A stretch of DNA of 64,000 nucleotides from an uncultured bacterium (GTDB taxonomy: Bacteria > Acidobacteriota > HRBIN11 > JAKEFK01). This document shows positions 30,717-43,804 of the stretch, piece after piece; position 1 is the first letter of the stretch; each line of letters begins with the position of its first letter. Position numbers and translations under genes: made by a program. The stretch spans positions 64,001-128,000 of the forward strand of contig CAVZQN010000006.1 of NCBI GenBank assembly GCA_963777505.1. The letters run 5' to 3'. A model generated the notes under the pieces. That model did no database searches. It was not told where the DNA came from and worked only from the letters and a program-made list of their open reading frames with translations.

Positions 30717-31994
30717 ATGCTACTTCTTAAGAATGGAAGGGTCATAGATCCAGGGCAGAATATAGACGACAAACTGGATATTTTAATCGATGGTGAAACA
30801 ATCATTCAGATCGGAAAGCAGATCGAATCTCCCGATGCTGAGACGCTGGATCTTTCCGAAATGATTGTAGCGCCTGGCTTTGTTGACCTTCATGTGCACT
30901 TACGCGAACCAGGCAAAGAAGAAGCTGAGACGATAGAAACGGGTGCGCTGTCGGCGGCAGCCGGGGGATTCACAACAGTTGCCTGTATGCCGAATACTCA
31001 ACCTGTAAACGACAACCCATCTGTTACAGCATTTGTGCTGGAAAAAGCTCAACAAGCAATTATTCAAGTACTTCCAATTGCCGCAATCACAATGAATGAA
31101 GCCGGAGAAGAATTAGCAGGGCTTGAAGCTTTGAGAAAGGCGGGTGCGGTCGCATTTTCTGATGATGGCAAACCCGTTGTAAATTCTTTGTTTATGCGAA
31201 AGGCGCTTGAAAAAAGTAGAGATCTGGGTGTTCCTGTGATCGATCACTGTGAAGATCCTGGATTGGCGAAAGGCGGTGTAATGAATGAAGGTAGAGTTTC
31301 GGCAAAGATGAAATTGCCAGGCATGCCTTCAGAAGCCGAAGAAATTATGGTCGCGCGTAACATTTCACTTGCGAGACTTACCGGTGGTCATATTCACATG
31401 GCACATATGAGCACCGCTGGTTCAATGAAATTAATTCGCGAAGCAAAAAAGGATGGGCTTTCGGTTACATGCGAAGTTACACCTCATCATTTTACTCTCA
31501 CAGAGGAAGCCGTCTCCAAAGAAGGAACTAACGCTAAAATGAATCCTCCCTTGAGAACTGCAAGCGACCTGGAAGCTGTACTGGAAGCGATTGCCGATGG
31601 AACTGTCGATATCATTGCGTCCGATCATGCACCACATCATGCGGAGACGAAGAGCGTATCATTTGAGAAGGCATCTTTCGGAATTGTCGGACTTGAAACT
31701 TCGGTATCGCTTGGCCTGGATCGGTTGGTAAATTCAAATTTGATTTCGATGAAACGTTTTATAGAACTTTATAGCGTTAATCCTGCAAAAATTATTGGCG
31801 TGCCACGAGGCGTTCAGGAAAAGTTGCAAGCAAATCTGACCGTTCTGGATCCAAATCGTAAAACAAAAGTTCAAGCATCAAAATTCAAATCGAAAAGCCG
31901 GAACACCCCATTTGATGGATGGACCTTGCAAGGTGCGCCTGTCGCTACCATTTATAAAGGTAAGATCGTTTGGATCGTTAAGTCTTTGCGGTAA
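30717..31994 (+). CDS. pyrC: Dihydroorotase
   Basis: DLHVHLREPG, MPNT, KMNPPLR, SDHAPH, SRNTPF. Confidence 0.95.
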   Translation: MLLLKNGRVIDPGQNIDDKLDILIDGETIIQIGKQIESPDAETLDLSEMIVAPGFVDLHVHLREPGKEEAETIETGALSAAAGGFTTVACMPNTQPVNDNPSVTAFVLEKAQQAIIQVLPIAAITMNEAGEELAGLEALRKAGAVAFSDDGKPVVNSLFMRKALEKSRDLGVPVIDHCEDPGLAKGGVMNEGRVSAKMKLPGMPSEAEEIMVARNISLARLTGGHIHMAHMSTAGSMKLIREAKKDGLSVTCEVTPHHFTLTEEAVSKEGTNAKMNPPLRTASDLEAVLEAIADGTVDIIASDHAPHHAETKSVSFEKASFGIVGLETSVSLGLDRLVNSNLISMKRFIELYSVNPAKIIGVPRGVQEKLQANLTVLDPNRKTKVQASKFKSKSRNTPFDGWTLQGAPVATIYKGKIVWIVKSLR

Positions 31995-32017
31995 CAATAA
32001 ATATTAAGGAGCAAGGT

Positions 32018-32455
32018 ATGAAAGAAATCAGTGCACAGGAAGCAAATGAAGTCATGCAGAAGGACGCGTCTGTGATTTATCTTGATGTGCGATCAACGCA
32101 GGAATTTGATCAAGGACATCCGATACGGGCGTTGAATATACCAATTATGAACATGGTTCCTGGTATGGGTATGGTACCGAATCCCGAATTCGTGAACGTT
32201 GTCGAAGCAAACATTTCAAAGGATGCTACGGTGCTCGTGGGATGCAAGTCAGGTGGACGCTCAGCTCGTGCAGTTGAAATTTTATCCGGGATGGGTTTTC
32301 AAAATCTTACCAACATTCGCAGCGGCTTTGTCGGATCAATGGACATGACAGGACGAATCGTTGAACCGGGCTGGAGTCTGTTGAATCTTCCACTTTGTTC
32401 AGCCTGCGAAGAAAACGCCTCGTATTCGTATCTCGAATCAAAAGCCAAAAAATAG
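32018..32455 (+). CDS. Rhodanese-like domain protein
   Basis: LDVRSTQEFDQGH, active-site CKSGGRS. Confidence 0.9.
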   Translation: MKEISAQEANEVMQKDASVIYLDVRSTQEFDQGHPIRALNIPIMNMVPGMGMVPNPEFVNVVEANISKDATVLVGCKSGGRSARAVEILSGMGFQNLTNIRSGFVGSMDMTGRIVEPGWSLLNLPLCSACEENASYSYLESKAKK

Positions 32456-32489
32456 TTTTTCTTGGCGTCATGGCGCCTTGGCGGTGAGC

Positions 32490-33599
32490 CTAAATTTCGA
32501 TAATTCCGCGGTCAAGCATTCGACGCACGATTTTCAGTGCATCAACTTCACGAAGCGGTGTAATCGTCAATATCGATTTCAGATCCCATTTGCCATTGAT
32601 TCTTGTAACAAGATAACTTTCTTCGGAAGACAATCTTTCCTTAGATAACTGTTCCAACGGCATGCGCAGTTTCAAAATCGATGCAGGCGAAATTACATCT
32701 TCATAAATGCTTTGAACAAAACTCTCTTCTGCATGAAGCAAAAGCTCTTTTATTTCTAGACTGTCTTCATACTGCAGTGCGTAATTAAATAAATTGATTG
32801 CCTCTTCCCATCGTGCAAGAGCCATTTTCTTGCGTGCATTCTCAATAATTGTAGTGAGCGGAATCGCTTCCGAAACTGGCGGCTTCACAGGTTCACCGTA
32901 ATTGCTTATTTGGACTAAATTATTTCCCTTGAGCGTATTTAAAGAATGCACAACACGATATTCAGTCCCATGACTCTGAGCGATTATGTCGTTAATTGAA
33001 CGTTGTCCATCGACCAATTGGAAAACCGTGCTTATGAATGAATCAGCGATCTGCTCATTTGCGCTTGACGTTTCTGTTTTTGAAAATATGATACGGCGCG
33101 ATGGATATAATTCTCTGAGTACCTTCCATTCATCTCTACGTTTTAGGCCTTCCGAAACCAAAGACTCAACGTCCATCGATGTGGGAATCAGTCTGACCGC
33201 AGGGAGTTGATTGTCGAAAAATTCAAAGTCTGCATCATCCCAGAGAAACATCATGAAAACGCTTTCTTTACATTTTGTTTCCAGCATGACCAGGAGTTCT
33301 TCTTCGCTAACCGCGCCGATCATCACAAGGATTTTTCCAAGCATGACCTTGGTTTTTTTTTGGACTTCGAGCGCTTCGGTAAGCTGCTCCTCTGTGATTT
33401 TCTTTTCGGATACTAAAAAGTTGCCGAGATATTCGCTGGCATCAGAAGATCCGGATGAAATAATTTTGCCTTTCTCAAAATAAAGCCGTCTCCATGCATT
33501 GCCTCGAACCAGCTCCAGAGTGCCCGTGCTTTTGCGGCTTGCAATGAACCTCAGCAGTTCATCGACAGGCATCGTAGCTGACTTCCCTTTTAAGCTCAT
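32490..33599 (-). CDS. DUF4388 domain protein with PilB/GspE N-terminal-like (MshEN-like) and TPR segments
   Basis: MSLKG...ELLRFIASRKSTGTL, LGNFLV, LGKILV, W..ADFEF. Confidence 0.75.
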   Translation of the reverse strand: MSLKGKSATMPVDELLRFIASRKSTGTLELVRGNAWRRLYFEKGKIISSGSSDASEYLGNFLVSEKKITEEQLTEALEVQKKTKVMLGKILVMIGAVSEEELLVMLETKCKESVFMMFLWDDADFEFFDNQLPAVRLIPTSMDVESLVSEGLKRRDEWKVLRELYPSRRIIFSKTETSSANEQIADSFISTVFQLVDGQRSINDIIAQSHGTEYRVVHSLNTLKGNNLVQISNYGEPVKPPVSEAIPLTTIIENARKKMALARWEEAINLFNYALQYEDSLEIKELLLHAEESFVQSIYEDVISPASILKLRMPLEQLSKERLSSEESYLVTRINGKWDLKSILTITPLREVDALKIVRRMLDRGIIEI

Positions 33600-34900
33600 T
33601 TTGTCAGACGATTCTCAGATATGGCCGAAAGGGATTCGGAGATGCGTAAAGATGCTTCTCTTAGTTCCTTTTCAGAATGCGCTGTGGAAATAAAGTTGGT
33701 TTCGAATTGTGAAGGCGCGGTGTAAATACCTTGTTCAAGAAGCTGCCAGAAAAATGCAGAATACTTTTTTGTATCTGTTTCTTTTGCCTCTTTAAAGTTT
33801 GCCGGAATACTTTTACGAAAGAAAATTGTCCACATGGACCCCATTTGTGAAATTGAAACCGGATATTCTTTAAGCTGAATCAGTTCACGGATAGGCTTCA
33901 ACAATGTGTCCGTTCGATGTTCCAGGACTGGATATGGCATTTCTTCCTTTAGAATTTTTAGAGCTGTGGAACCTGCAGCGGCTGCAACAGGATTTCCTGA
34001 AAGGGTACCTGCTTGATAAACGGGACCGAGCGGTGCGATTTTCTCCATGATGTCTGAACGTCCACCATAGGCAGCAAGAGGCATTCCCCCGCCAACAATT
34101 TTCCCCAGGATTGTGAGATCTGGTTCAATTCCAAAGAGCGACTGCACTCCGCCATAGAGCAAACGGAATCCTGTAATCACCTCATCAAAAATTAGAAGAA
34201 TTCCGTGGCGTTGAGTAAAGTCGCGAAGAGCATCAAGAAATCCTTTTTGCGGAGGCACAAGTCCCATATTTGCGGCCACCGGCTCCAGAATGATGGCAGC
34301 TGTATCGTTTAATACTTCGGCCGGTAACGCTTCGAGCGCTTCAATATCGTTGTATGCAACGGAAATAGTATGATGACTATAGTACGCAGGAACGCCTGCA
34401 GAGTCGGGCAGATCAAAAGTCGCCAGCCCAGAACCCCCTGCCGTTAGAAGACTATCCACATGGCCGTGATAACACCCTTCGAATTTAATGATATGGTTCC
34501 TGCCTGTGAATCCTCGTGCAACACGCAGCGAAGACATCACAGCTTCGGTTCCAGAACTGACAAGCCGCAGCTTTTGCATCGAAGGGATAGCGCTCCTGAT
34601 CTGTTCAGCCAGGATGATTTCCGCTTTACAGGGCGCGCCAAATGTGGTTCCCTGCATCGCAGCAGCATGAATGGCGCTCACAATAGCCGGATGTGCATGG
34701 CCGAGAATTAGAGGCCCCCAGGATCCCACAAAATCGATAAATTCGTTTCCATCCTCATCGTACACGTGGGAACCGTTGCCACTTTTGAAAAAAAGAGGGG
34801 TGCCGCCAACAGCTTTAAAAGCCCGGACCGGGCTATTTACGCCTCCGGGCATCAAATCCTGAGCGCGATTGTAAAGCTCTTTTGAACGATCTTGTTTCAT
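33596..34900 (-). CDS. hemL: Glutamate-1-semialdehyde 2,1-aminomutase
   Basis: PGGVNSPVRAF, FEGCYHGH, FDEVITGFR, GKIVGGGMP, YQAGTLSGNP. Confidence 0.97.
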   Translation of the reverse strand: MKQDRSKELYNRAQDLMPGGVNSPVRAFKAVGGTPLFFKSGNGSHVYDEDGNEFIDFVGSWGPLILGHAHPAIVSAIHAAAMQGTTFGAPCKAEIILAEQIRSAIPSMQKLRLVSSGTEAVMSSLRVARGFTGRNHIIKFEGCYHGHVDSLLTAGGSGLATFDLPDSAGVPAYYSHHTISVAYNDIEALEALPAEVLNDTAAIILEPVAANMGLVPPQKGFLDALRDFTQRHGILLIFDEVITGFRLLYGGVQSLFGIEPDLTILGKIVGGGMPLAAYGGRSDIMEKIAPLGPVYQAGTLSGNPVAAAAGSTALKILKEEMPYPVLEHRTDTLLKPIRELIQLKEYPVSISQMGSMWTIFFRKSIPANFKEAKETDTKKYSAFFWQLLEQGIYTAPSQFETNFISTAHSEKELREASLRISESLSAISENRLTK

Positions 34901-34937
34901 GATCTATCTTAATGATCGTACGGCAGGAAATTTAAAA

Positions 34938-36293
34938 CTAGCTTCGTTGCTGTTCTACTTTATAAAGGAAATATGTTTCTCCCACTTTAATAATATCCCC
35001 TTCTTTAAGCTCAACTTTACGAACCTTTTTGTCATTTACAAATGTTCCATTTGTACTTCGTAGATCGTAAAGATAGTGCTTTCCCTCTTCAGAAATGATC
35101 CTGCAATGCTGGCCAGAAACAGTCACATCTTCTAACCTGATTTCGCAAACGCGAGATCTTCCGATAGATATAGGTATTGAGCGATCCAGGGTAAAAGCTT
35201 GCCCGAGATTTTTCCCTTTCCGCACAATTAGCAACGGTTTATCCATTAAGACAAAGGTTCTTGAAAGCAGTTCATCTGAATCGGCCTGCTTCATTAACAC
35301 TTCGGGGGGAAATGATGGAAGATCATCAGCTAAAGGAATATGCGGACGTTTGATTTGTCTGGTTTGCTGCGTGTGTTCTCCGGAAAACTCATCATCGGGT
35401 GATTTTGTCGCAACAGGTTCTGGTGACGCTGAACAATCAGGACAAATTGTTTCGTAATCTTCCAGCGGCTTACCGCAGGTTGGACAACTTCGTGTTTCCT
35501 TTTTGAAAGCGCGCGTTACAACCCATAAAACAACAGGGACTGCAATCAAGCCAGCGCCAGCAATCCACAAAAGATAACCATATCTGGCCATCAAGCCCGT
35601 TTGCCGTCTGGTTTGTCTGGATATTGGCGGTGCCGGACTAACGGATGGTTCCGGATTCTGCGTTGGAGCTGGTTCTTCTACAACAGGTGACGGAGTTGTA
35701 ACCGGCTGAGGTGCAGCAACCACTGCTCTTTGTCCAGCAATCGTTGATCGAATATTTTCAGCAAGTGATGCATCATTCAGTTCAAACACCGATCCACTTG
35801 TTAATTTGCTCATGCGCTGCAACGATTTATCACTTACTTTGCCAATCCCGATGCTATGGATTGCAATGCCATGAGTGTCCGCAAATTGCATTGCGTCTTC
35901 AATTGTTGCTGCGCTTTTTGTATCCACACCATCCGTGATTATTACAATTGCTTTCCGAACTGCTGGAGCTTTATCAAGCTCGCGGGCAGCATCAAAGAGC
36001 GCATCGTATAAATACGTATATGAATCGCTTGGACTCAGTGATCCAAGATCCTTTCGATTTACTTTTCGAAGTGAGTTTCCAAAAGCATAAATATTAATTG
36101 TGTCATCTGGCTTCGCTTGATCATGTAATTGATCTGTAATCTTTTTAGCTTTTGCAAACTGATCTGGTGGAATGGATCTGCTCATATCAAGCAAAATTGA
36201 AATTGCTTGAGTGTCCGCGAATGCAGACAAAGGAATAAGCAGAATGAAACAAAAAACTATTCCCTTCACAGGAAGTCTGGTTGATAGAAACAT
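34938..36293 (-). CDS. Membrane protein: extracytoplasmic VWA - Pro-rich linker - TM - zinc ribbon - FHA
   Basis: MIDAS DMSRS, T.LYDA, ITDG; CPTC..CPDC; IGRS..VSGQH..STNGTFVN. Confidence 0.85.
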   Translation of the reverse strand: MFLSTRLPVKGIVFCFILLIPLSAFADTQAISILLDMSRSIPPDQFAKAKKITDQLHDQAKPDDTINIYAFGNSLRKVNRKDLGSLSPSDSYTYLYDALFDAARELDKAPAVRKAIVIITDGVDTKSAATIEDAMQFADTHGIAIHSIGIGKVSDKSLQRMSKLTSGSVFELNDASLAENIRSTIAGQRAVVAAPQPVTTPSPVVEEPAPTQNPEPSVSPAPPISRQTRRQTGLMARYGYLLWIAGAGLIAVPVVLWVVTRAFKKETRSCPTCGKPLEDYETICPDCSASPEPVATKSPDDEFSGEHTQQTRQIKRPHIPLADDLPSFPPEVLMKQADSDELLSRTFVLMDKPLLIVRKGKNLGQAFTLDRSIPISIGRSRVCEIRLEDVTVSGQHCRIISEEGKHYLYDLRSTNGTFVNDKKVRKVELKEGDIIKVGETYFLYKVEQQRS

Positions 36294-36329
36294 CAGTACT
36301 GATCCCCCCTACTAAACGTCAACTAGAAC

Positions 36330-38789
36330 TTATTCACTACCTATTGGCTCCTTCTCCTCCAAAGAAGGCAGCTTGGCAGCTGCTACAATCTTATCACCTT
36401 CTTCAACTTCCATCAGCCTGACACCGATTGATTGACGGCTGGCGATCCGGACATCGTCGGCAGAATAGCGAATAATCATGCCGGATTGGGTCAACATTAT
36501 GATCTCATCCCCCGGATTTACGCTCTCAACATCGACGATTAACCCGTTTCTGGGCCTGATTTTCATGTTAATTAGGCCGGACCCGCTTCGACCCTGGATC
36601 CTGTATTCCTCCAAAGGTGTCCGCCGGCCGAATCCATTTTCAGTAATCGTCAGGATCAGATCATTATTCGAGACGATCTCCATCCCAACAACATAATCTT
36701 CAGGCTTTAAACGGATACCTCTGACGCCGGTAGCCGTTCTTCCCATTTCGCGGAATTCTTCTTCCGGAAAACAGATTGCGCGGCCATGTGCAGTTCCGAT
36801 GAAAATATTTTTCTTACCATCGGTTACATGTGCCGTAAGCAGTTCATCATCTTCTCGCACATTCATGATACGCAACCCATTTCTGCGAATATTGCTCAAT
36901 GCACTGAGCCCCACTTTTTTAATAATTCCTTTACGTGACAAAATCGTGACGAATTTGTCATCGCCGTAGTCGGATACACATCGCAAGCGCGCGATCTGTT
37001 CATCAGCATCCATCGTTATATCGAACTGGGCCATAGCTTTTCCTTTTGTAGAAGGAGGCAAGTCGGGCAGTTCGTATGTTTTTAAGGTGTAGACTTTGCC
37101 TTTTTGAGTGAAGATCAGAATATCGCTATGCGTTGAAGCTACCGCCATTAAATCCAGGAAATCTTCTTCCTTCGTTTTCATTCCGATCTTACCTTTACCG
37201 CCTCGCCGTTGACGGTTGAAGGAGCTAAGAGAAGTTCGCTTAATGTAGCCTGAGTGCGTACAGGTAATGACAACCATTTCTTCGCGAACCAGATCGACCA
37301 TCGAAAGTTTTTTGGGCTCAGTATCTAGAATTTCGGTTCTGCGATCATCACCATACTCTTCTTTCAATTCGCGAAGATCACTCATGATGATCTGATCGAT
37401 TAAAGAAGGGTTGGCAAGAATCTCTTTCAATCTTGCAATCTCTTCGATCAGTTCTTTATGTTCTGAAAGGATCTTATCCCGCTCCATCGAAGTCAGACGT
37501 TGCAACTGCATGTCAAGAATGGCTTGTGCCTGAATTTCGGTGAGCGCAAACTCTGTAATCAAACCCTGCCGTGCGTCTTTTGGATTGGCAGAACGACGAA
37601 TGAGAGCAATGACTTGATCCAGATGATCCAGTGCAATCATTAAACCTTCGAGGATGTGAGCGCGCGCTTCAGCTTTTCGAAGTTCGAATTCTGTTCGTTT
37701 GTGGAGGACATCACGCCGGTGAGAAATAAAATGTTCAAGAATTTCGCGAATGTTAAGAACCTGTGGACGTCCATCCACAATGGCGAGGAAAATCGCACCA
37801 AAGGTATCCTGAAGACGTGTGTGTTTGTATAAGTTATTTAGAACAAAATCTGGATTTTCGCCGCGACGCAACTCAATAACAATCCGCATTCCTTGACGAT
37901 CTGATTCATCGCGAATATCTACAATTCCTTCGATTCGTTTCGCGCGGACAAGATCTGCAATCTCGATGACCAAATTCTTTTTATTTACCTGATATGGAAT
38001 CTCATGAACGATAATTGCGTCTTTGGTTCCTTTTTCTACCTTTTCAATCGATGCTTTCGCACGCATCGTGATCGAACCCCGGCCCGTCCTATATGCCTCG
38101 GAGATGGATGCTCTTGAATAAATCGATCCACCAGTCGGAAAATCCGGACCAGGAATAATTTGAAGAATGGTGTCCAGATCTGCAGCAGGATTTTGTATTA
38201 AGTGAATGACTGCATCACAAACTTCATTCAGATTGTGCGGAGGAACATTTGTCGCCATTCCAACCGCGATACCTGAAGAACCATTCAGCAAAAAGTTAGG
38301 TAACCGCGCGGGCAGTACTACAGGCTCAACTGTTTGTTCATCGAAATTTGCAACAAAACCGACAGTCTCTTTGTCGATGTCTTCCATCAACTCCATTGCA
38401 ATCCGATTGAGCCGGCTCTCTGTATATCTGTAATGTGCCGGAGGATCCCCATCGACCGATCCAAAGTTCCCCTGCTTACCAATCAAGGGATAACGCATGT
38501 TCCAGTCTTGAGCCATACGCACAAGAGCGTCATAAACGGCCGCATCACCATGAGGATGATATTTCTTCAACACTTCGCCGACGACACCTGCGCATTTTGA
38601 AAATTTGCGATCCGGCGTGAGTCCTTCACGAAGCATTGCATACAAGATGCGGCGGTGTACCGGCTTTAATCCATCACGTACATCGGGCACAGCTCTGCCC
38701 ATGATTACGCTCATTGCGTAATCGAGATACGATTTCTTTATTTCGTCTTCTATGTTTACCGGTACTTGTTCTTTTGCAAAGTCGTTCAT
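36330..38789 (-). CDS. gyrA: DNA gyrase subunit A
   Basis: [19 protein letters not shown], GyrA-box QRRGGKG. Confidence 0.98.
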   Translation of the reverse strand: MNDFAKEQVPVNIEDEIKKSYLDYAMSVIMGRAVPDVRDGLKPVHRRILYAMLREGLTPDRKFSKCAGVVGEVLKKYHPHGDAAVYDALVRMAQDWNMRYPLIGKQGNFGSVDGDPPAHYRYTESRLNRIAMELMEDIDKETVGFVANFDEQTVEPVVLPARLPNFLLNGSSGIAVGMATNVPPHNLNEVCDAVIHLIQNPAADLDTILQIIPGPDFPTGGSIYSRASISEAYRTGRGSITMRAKASIEKVEKGTKDAIIVHEIPYQVNKKNLVIEIADLVRAKRIEGIVDIRDESDRQGMRIVIELRRGENPDFVLNNLYKHTRLQDTFGAIFLAIVDGRPQVLNIREILEHFISHRRDVLHKRTEFELRKAEARAHILEGLMIALDHLDQVIALIRRSANPKDARQGLITEFALTEIQAQAILDMQLQRLTSMERDKILSEHKELIEEIARLKEILANPSLIDQIIMSDLRELKEEYGDDRRTEILDTEPKKLSMVDLVREEMVVITCTHSGYIKRTSLSSFNRQRRGGKGKIGMKTKEEDFLDLMAVASTHSDILIFTQKGKVYTLKTYELPDLPPSTKGKAMAQFDITMDADEQIARLRCVSDYGDDKFVTILSRKGIIKKVGLSALSNIRRNGLRIMNVREDDELLTAHVTDGKKNIFIGTAHGRAICFPEEEFREMGRTATGVRGIRLKPEDYVVGMEIVSNNDLILTITENGFGRRTPLEEYRIQGRSGSGLINMKIRPRNGLIVDVESVNPGDEIIMLTQSGMIIRYSADDVRIASRQSIGVRLMEVEEGDKIVAAAKLPSLEEKEPIGSE

Positions 38790-38822
38790 TACTTATCCTC
38801 TTAACCGCAGAGACGCGGAACC

Positions 38823-41273
<2,451 letters not shown>

Positions 41274-41335
41274 CTACCTCTGTTAAACGCCAAATCAAAT
41301 TTGACTTGCACGTACGGAATCCGTACGGTTCGCGT

Positions 41336-42426
41336 TTACATCTCCAGAACCCGGCCAGAGCTGATTCCAAAAAAACGCATGTTTCCGTTTCCTTGAAACA
41401 AGTCACGCCGTGAAGAACTGATAAGCGTTTGATAGCGATCTTTTATTTCGTGAAAAAATGCCTGGATTTTTCGCTCATCCAATTCAGAATCCAGGTCATC
41501 CAGCAACAAAACCGGACGATCTTCACGCCATTGTTCGTATAAATCGAGTTGTACCAGCAATAACAAAAGCAAATACGCGCGATGTTGACCGGAAGAACCA
41601 TACTTTCGAAGTTCTTTTCCATTCAGCACCATCCGGATTTCATCGCGATGCACACCAAGAAGCATGTTCCACGAAGAATCTCGCGATTTGCATTTTCTTC
41701 CAGCTTCTGTTGTAACTCCTGCCGTGAAGCCCGAAAATTGCTAATCAGCTCAATCTCAAGACTCGAACTACTATCAAAGAACAACTGCTTTTTCTTTCTC
41801 AGCAATTCCTGCAGCTGGTTCAGATATGCCGTTCTGTATTCGACAATTTCCAAACCATGTTCCAACAATTGCTGATTGAAAGCATAAAGACTGCGTAACC
41901 CCTCCTTTCTTCCAGATTCACCCTTCTGAAGCATCGCCAGCAAAGCGAGTTTTTGCTTCAAAGCCCGATGATATTGCATGAGTACAGGCAAATATGCCGG
42001 ACGGCTCATTGCAATCGATCGATCAATAAACTTTCTTCTTTCTTCTGGTCCACCTCTGACAACTTCAAGCAATGGGTAACTGAACAAAAACACATTCAAA
42101 ACGCCCAAATACCCAAGTGAATCAACTTTTTTCCGATCAAGAAAAGCATGCTTTTCAGTTTTCTCTAAATTGACTGCAAGCTGGTGCTTTCCATGAACTG
42201 TTTGAATGTTTCCTTCTACGATTGATCCTCCTTCACCAAAACGAAGAGTCTCAATAAGATTGCGCGTTCGAAACGACCGAAGCGTTGAAAGCAAATACAC
42301 TGCTTCAAGCAGGTTTGTTTTTCCCTGCGCATTCTCTCCGTAGATCACATTCATACCGGATCCTGGAAGCAGATCTACATCTTCCAGGTTTCTAAATTTC
42401 CGGATGCTCAGTTTCTCCAGTTCCAA
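41336..42426 (-). CDS. recF: DNA replication/repair protein RecF, frameshift ~41660
   Basis: GENAQGKTNLLEA, ERRKFID, GSSGQ, LLLDD; between dnaN and gyrB. Confidence 0.92.
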
Positions 42427-42434
42427 ATTCTCAG

Positions 42435-43547
42435 TTACAACCTCATTGGCATCAAAATGTACCGATAGTCAAATTGATCCGTACCTTTCGGCTTCATTAA
42501 AGCTGCTGTACTTTCACTATTCAGCTCTAAAATCACTTCTTCAGAAGAAGTAGCCGCAAGAAAATCCATCAAATATTGCGAATTGAATCCGATTTTTAAT
42601 TCCGGACCTTCATATTGGATTTCCAACGTATCGGATCCTTCAGCCATATCAGGATTGGCTGAGGATAATTTCGCCAAACCTTCTGTGATGCTGAATTCAA
42701 CGGCACGAGATCTTTCATTTGAAACAACAGACACTCTTCGGATCCTGCGATTCAGCTCCACACTGTTGAAGAAGGCCTGTTTTTCATTTCGTAACGAAAT
42801 AAATTTGTCATAATTCGGAAACTGAGCTTCAATATTTCGCGAAAGTAGATGATGTGCATCCACTCTGAAGAACACAAAATTTTCAAAACGGCCGAACTGC
42901 ACTTCTTCTTCTGCTTCAGGTAAAAGCTTCAACAATTCACCCAGTGCTTTCCTTGAAATAATGACTTCAATCTTTTCGCCGGATTTTTTCCCCTCAACTT
43001 CAGTTGAGACATACGCCAAACGATGTCCATCCGTACCGATCAACATCAAGCGATTTCCTTCAACCTGGAAGAGGGCGCCATTCATGGCATACCGTATATC
43101 TTCTTGAGCGATTGCAAAGATGACGCGGCGTATCATCTCCTTTAACACTGCAGCCGGAAGAGTTATTGCTTTTTCGCCGCTGATATCAGGAATCGGGGGA
43201 AATTCTTCAACAGGAAGGCCTGGTAATTTAAAATAAGCAGATCCGCATTTTATTTCCAGGAAATTATTCTCTAATTTCTTGGCCGAAACATCCGCCAAAT
43301 CTGGTAATTCTCTGACAATTTCAAAAATTTTCTTAGCTGGCAATGTGGCTTTTCCAGGCTTTTTTACTTCAGCTTCTGTGCGGCTTCGAAGCCCAACTTC
43401 CAGATCAGTCGCTGTCAGTTCTATGCTGCCCTTCTCTGCCGTCAGGAGAAGATTGCCCAATATTGGCATTGTGCTCTTTTTTTCAATAATTCCCTGCAAC
43501 AGCTGCAATTCCTTAAAAAAGGATTGCTTTGAAATCGAAAATTCCAT
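42435..43547 (-). CDS. dnaN: DNA polymerase III beta clamp
   Basis: ATDLE, GTDGHRL, FPNY, terminal LMPMRL. Confidence 0.97.
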   Translation of the reverse strand: MEFSISKQSFFKELQLLQGIIEKKSTMPILGNLLLTAEKGSIELTATDLEVGLRSRTEAEVKKPGKATLPAKKIFEIVRELPDLADVSAKKLENNFLEIKCGSAYFKLPGLPVEEFPPIPDISGEKAITLPAAVLKEMIRRVIFAIAQEDIRYAMNGALFQVEGNRLMLIGTDGHRLAYVSTEVEGKKSGEKIEVIISRKALGELLKLLPEAEEEVQFGRFENFVFFRVDAHHLLSRNIEAQFPNYDKFISLRNEKQAFFNSVELNRRIRRVSVVSNERSRAVEFSITEGLAKLSSANPDMAEGSDTLEIQYEGPELKIGFNSQYLMDFLAATSSEEVILELNSESTAALMKPKGTDQFDYRYILMPMRL

Positions 43548-43584
43548 TGTTTCCTCCTGGCGTAGTTTCGCGCGTATTCTGATA

Positions 43585-43775
43585 ACACTGTTTATTTAAC
43601 ATTGGTATATATAAACAGTAGTAATAGTAGGGCTTGTGCGAATCTTGAAAACCTATCCAAACGCGCGCTGGATCAGCATCTTGCGTGTTGAAAAAAATGT
43701 GAATCATTTCATTTTACTCAGCTTGAATGTGCAACGGTTTTTAACTTCACAGTTGTTCACACATTCACACAGGTG
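43585..43775. other. oriC: Replication origin oriC (DUE, DnaA-trios, DnaA boxes) between dnaA and dnaN
   Basis: AT-rich TTTATTTAACATTGGTATATATAAA, then CAG-TAG-TAA-TAG-TAG-GGC-TTGTG; DnaA-box variants at 43686, 43698 and 43753. Confidence 0.8.
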
Positions 43776-43804
43776 TTTCTTTTCATGCATTGTTCAAAAA
43801 TCAT

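Noticed and set aside
41311-41327. Palindrome CGTACGGAATCCGTACG between recF and gyrB
   Set aside because: Single short hairpin with no second copy or U-tract; no function can be assigned.
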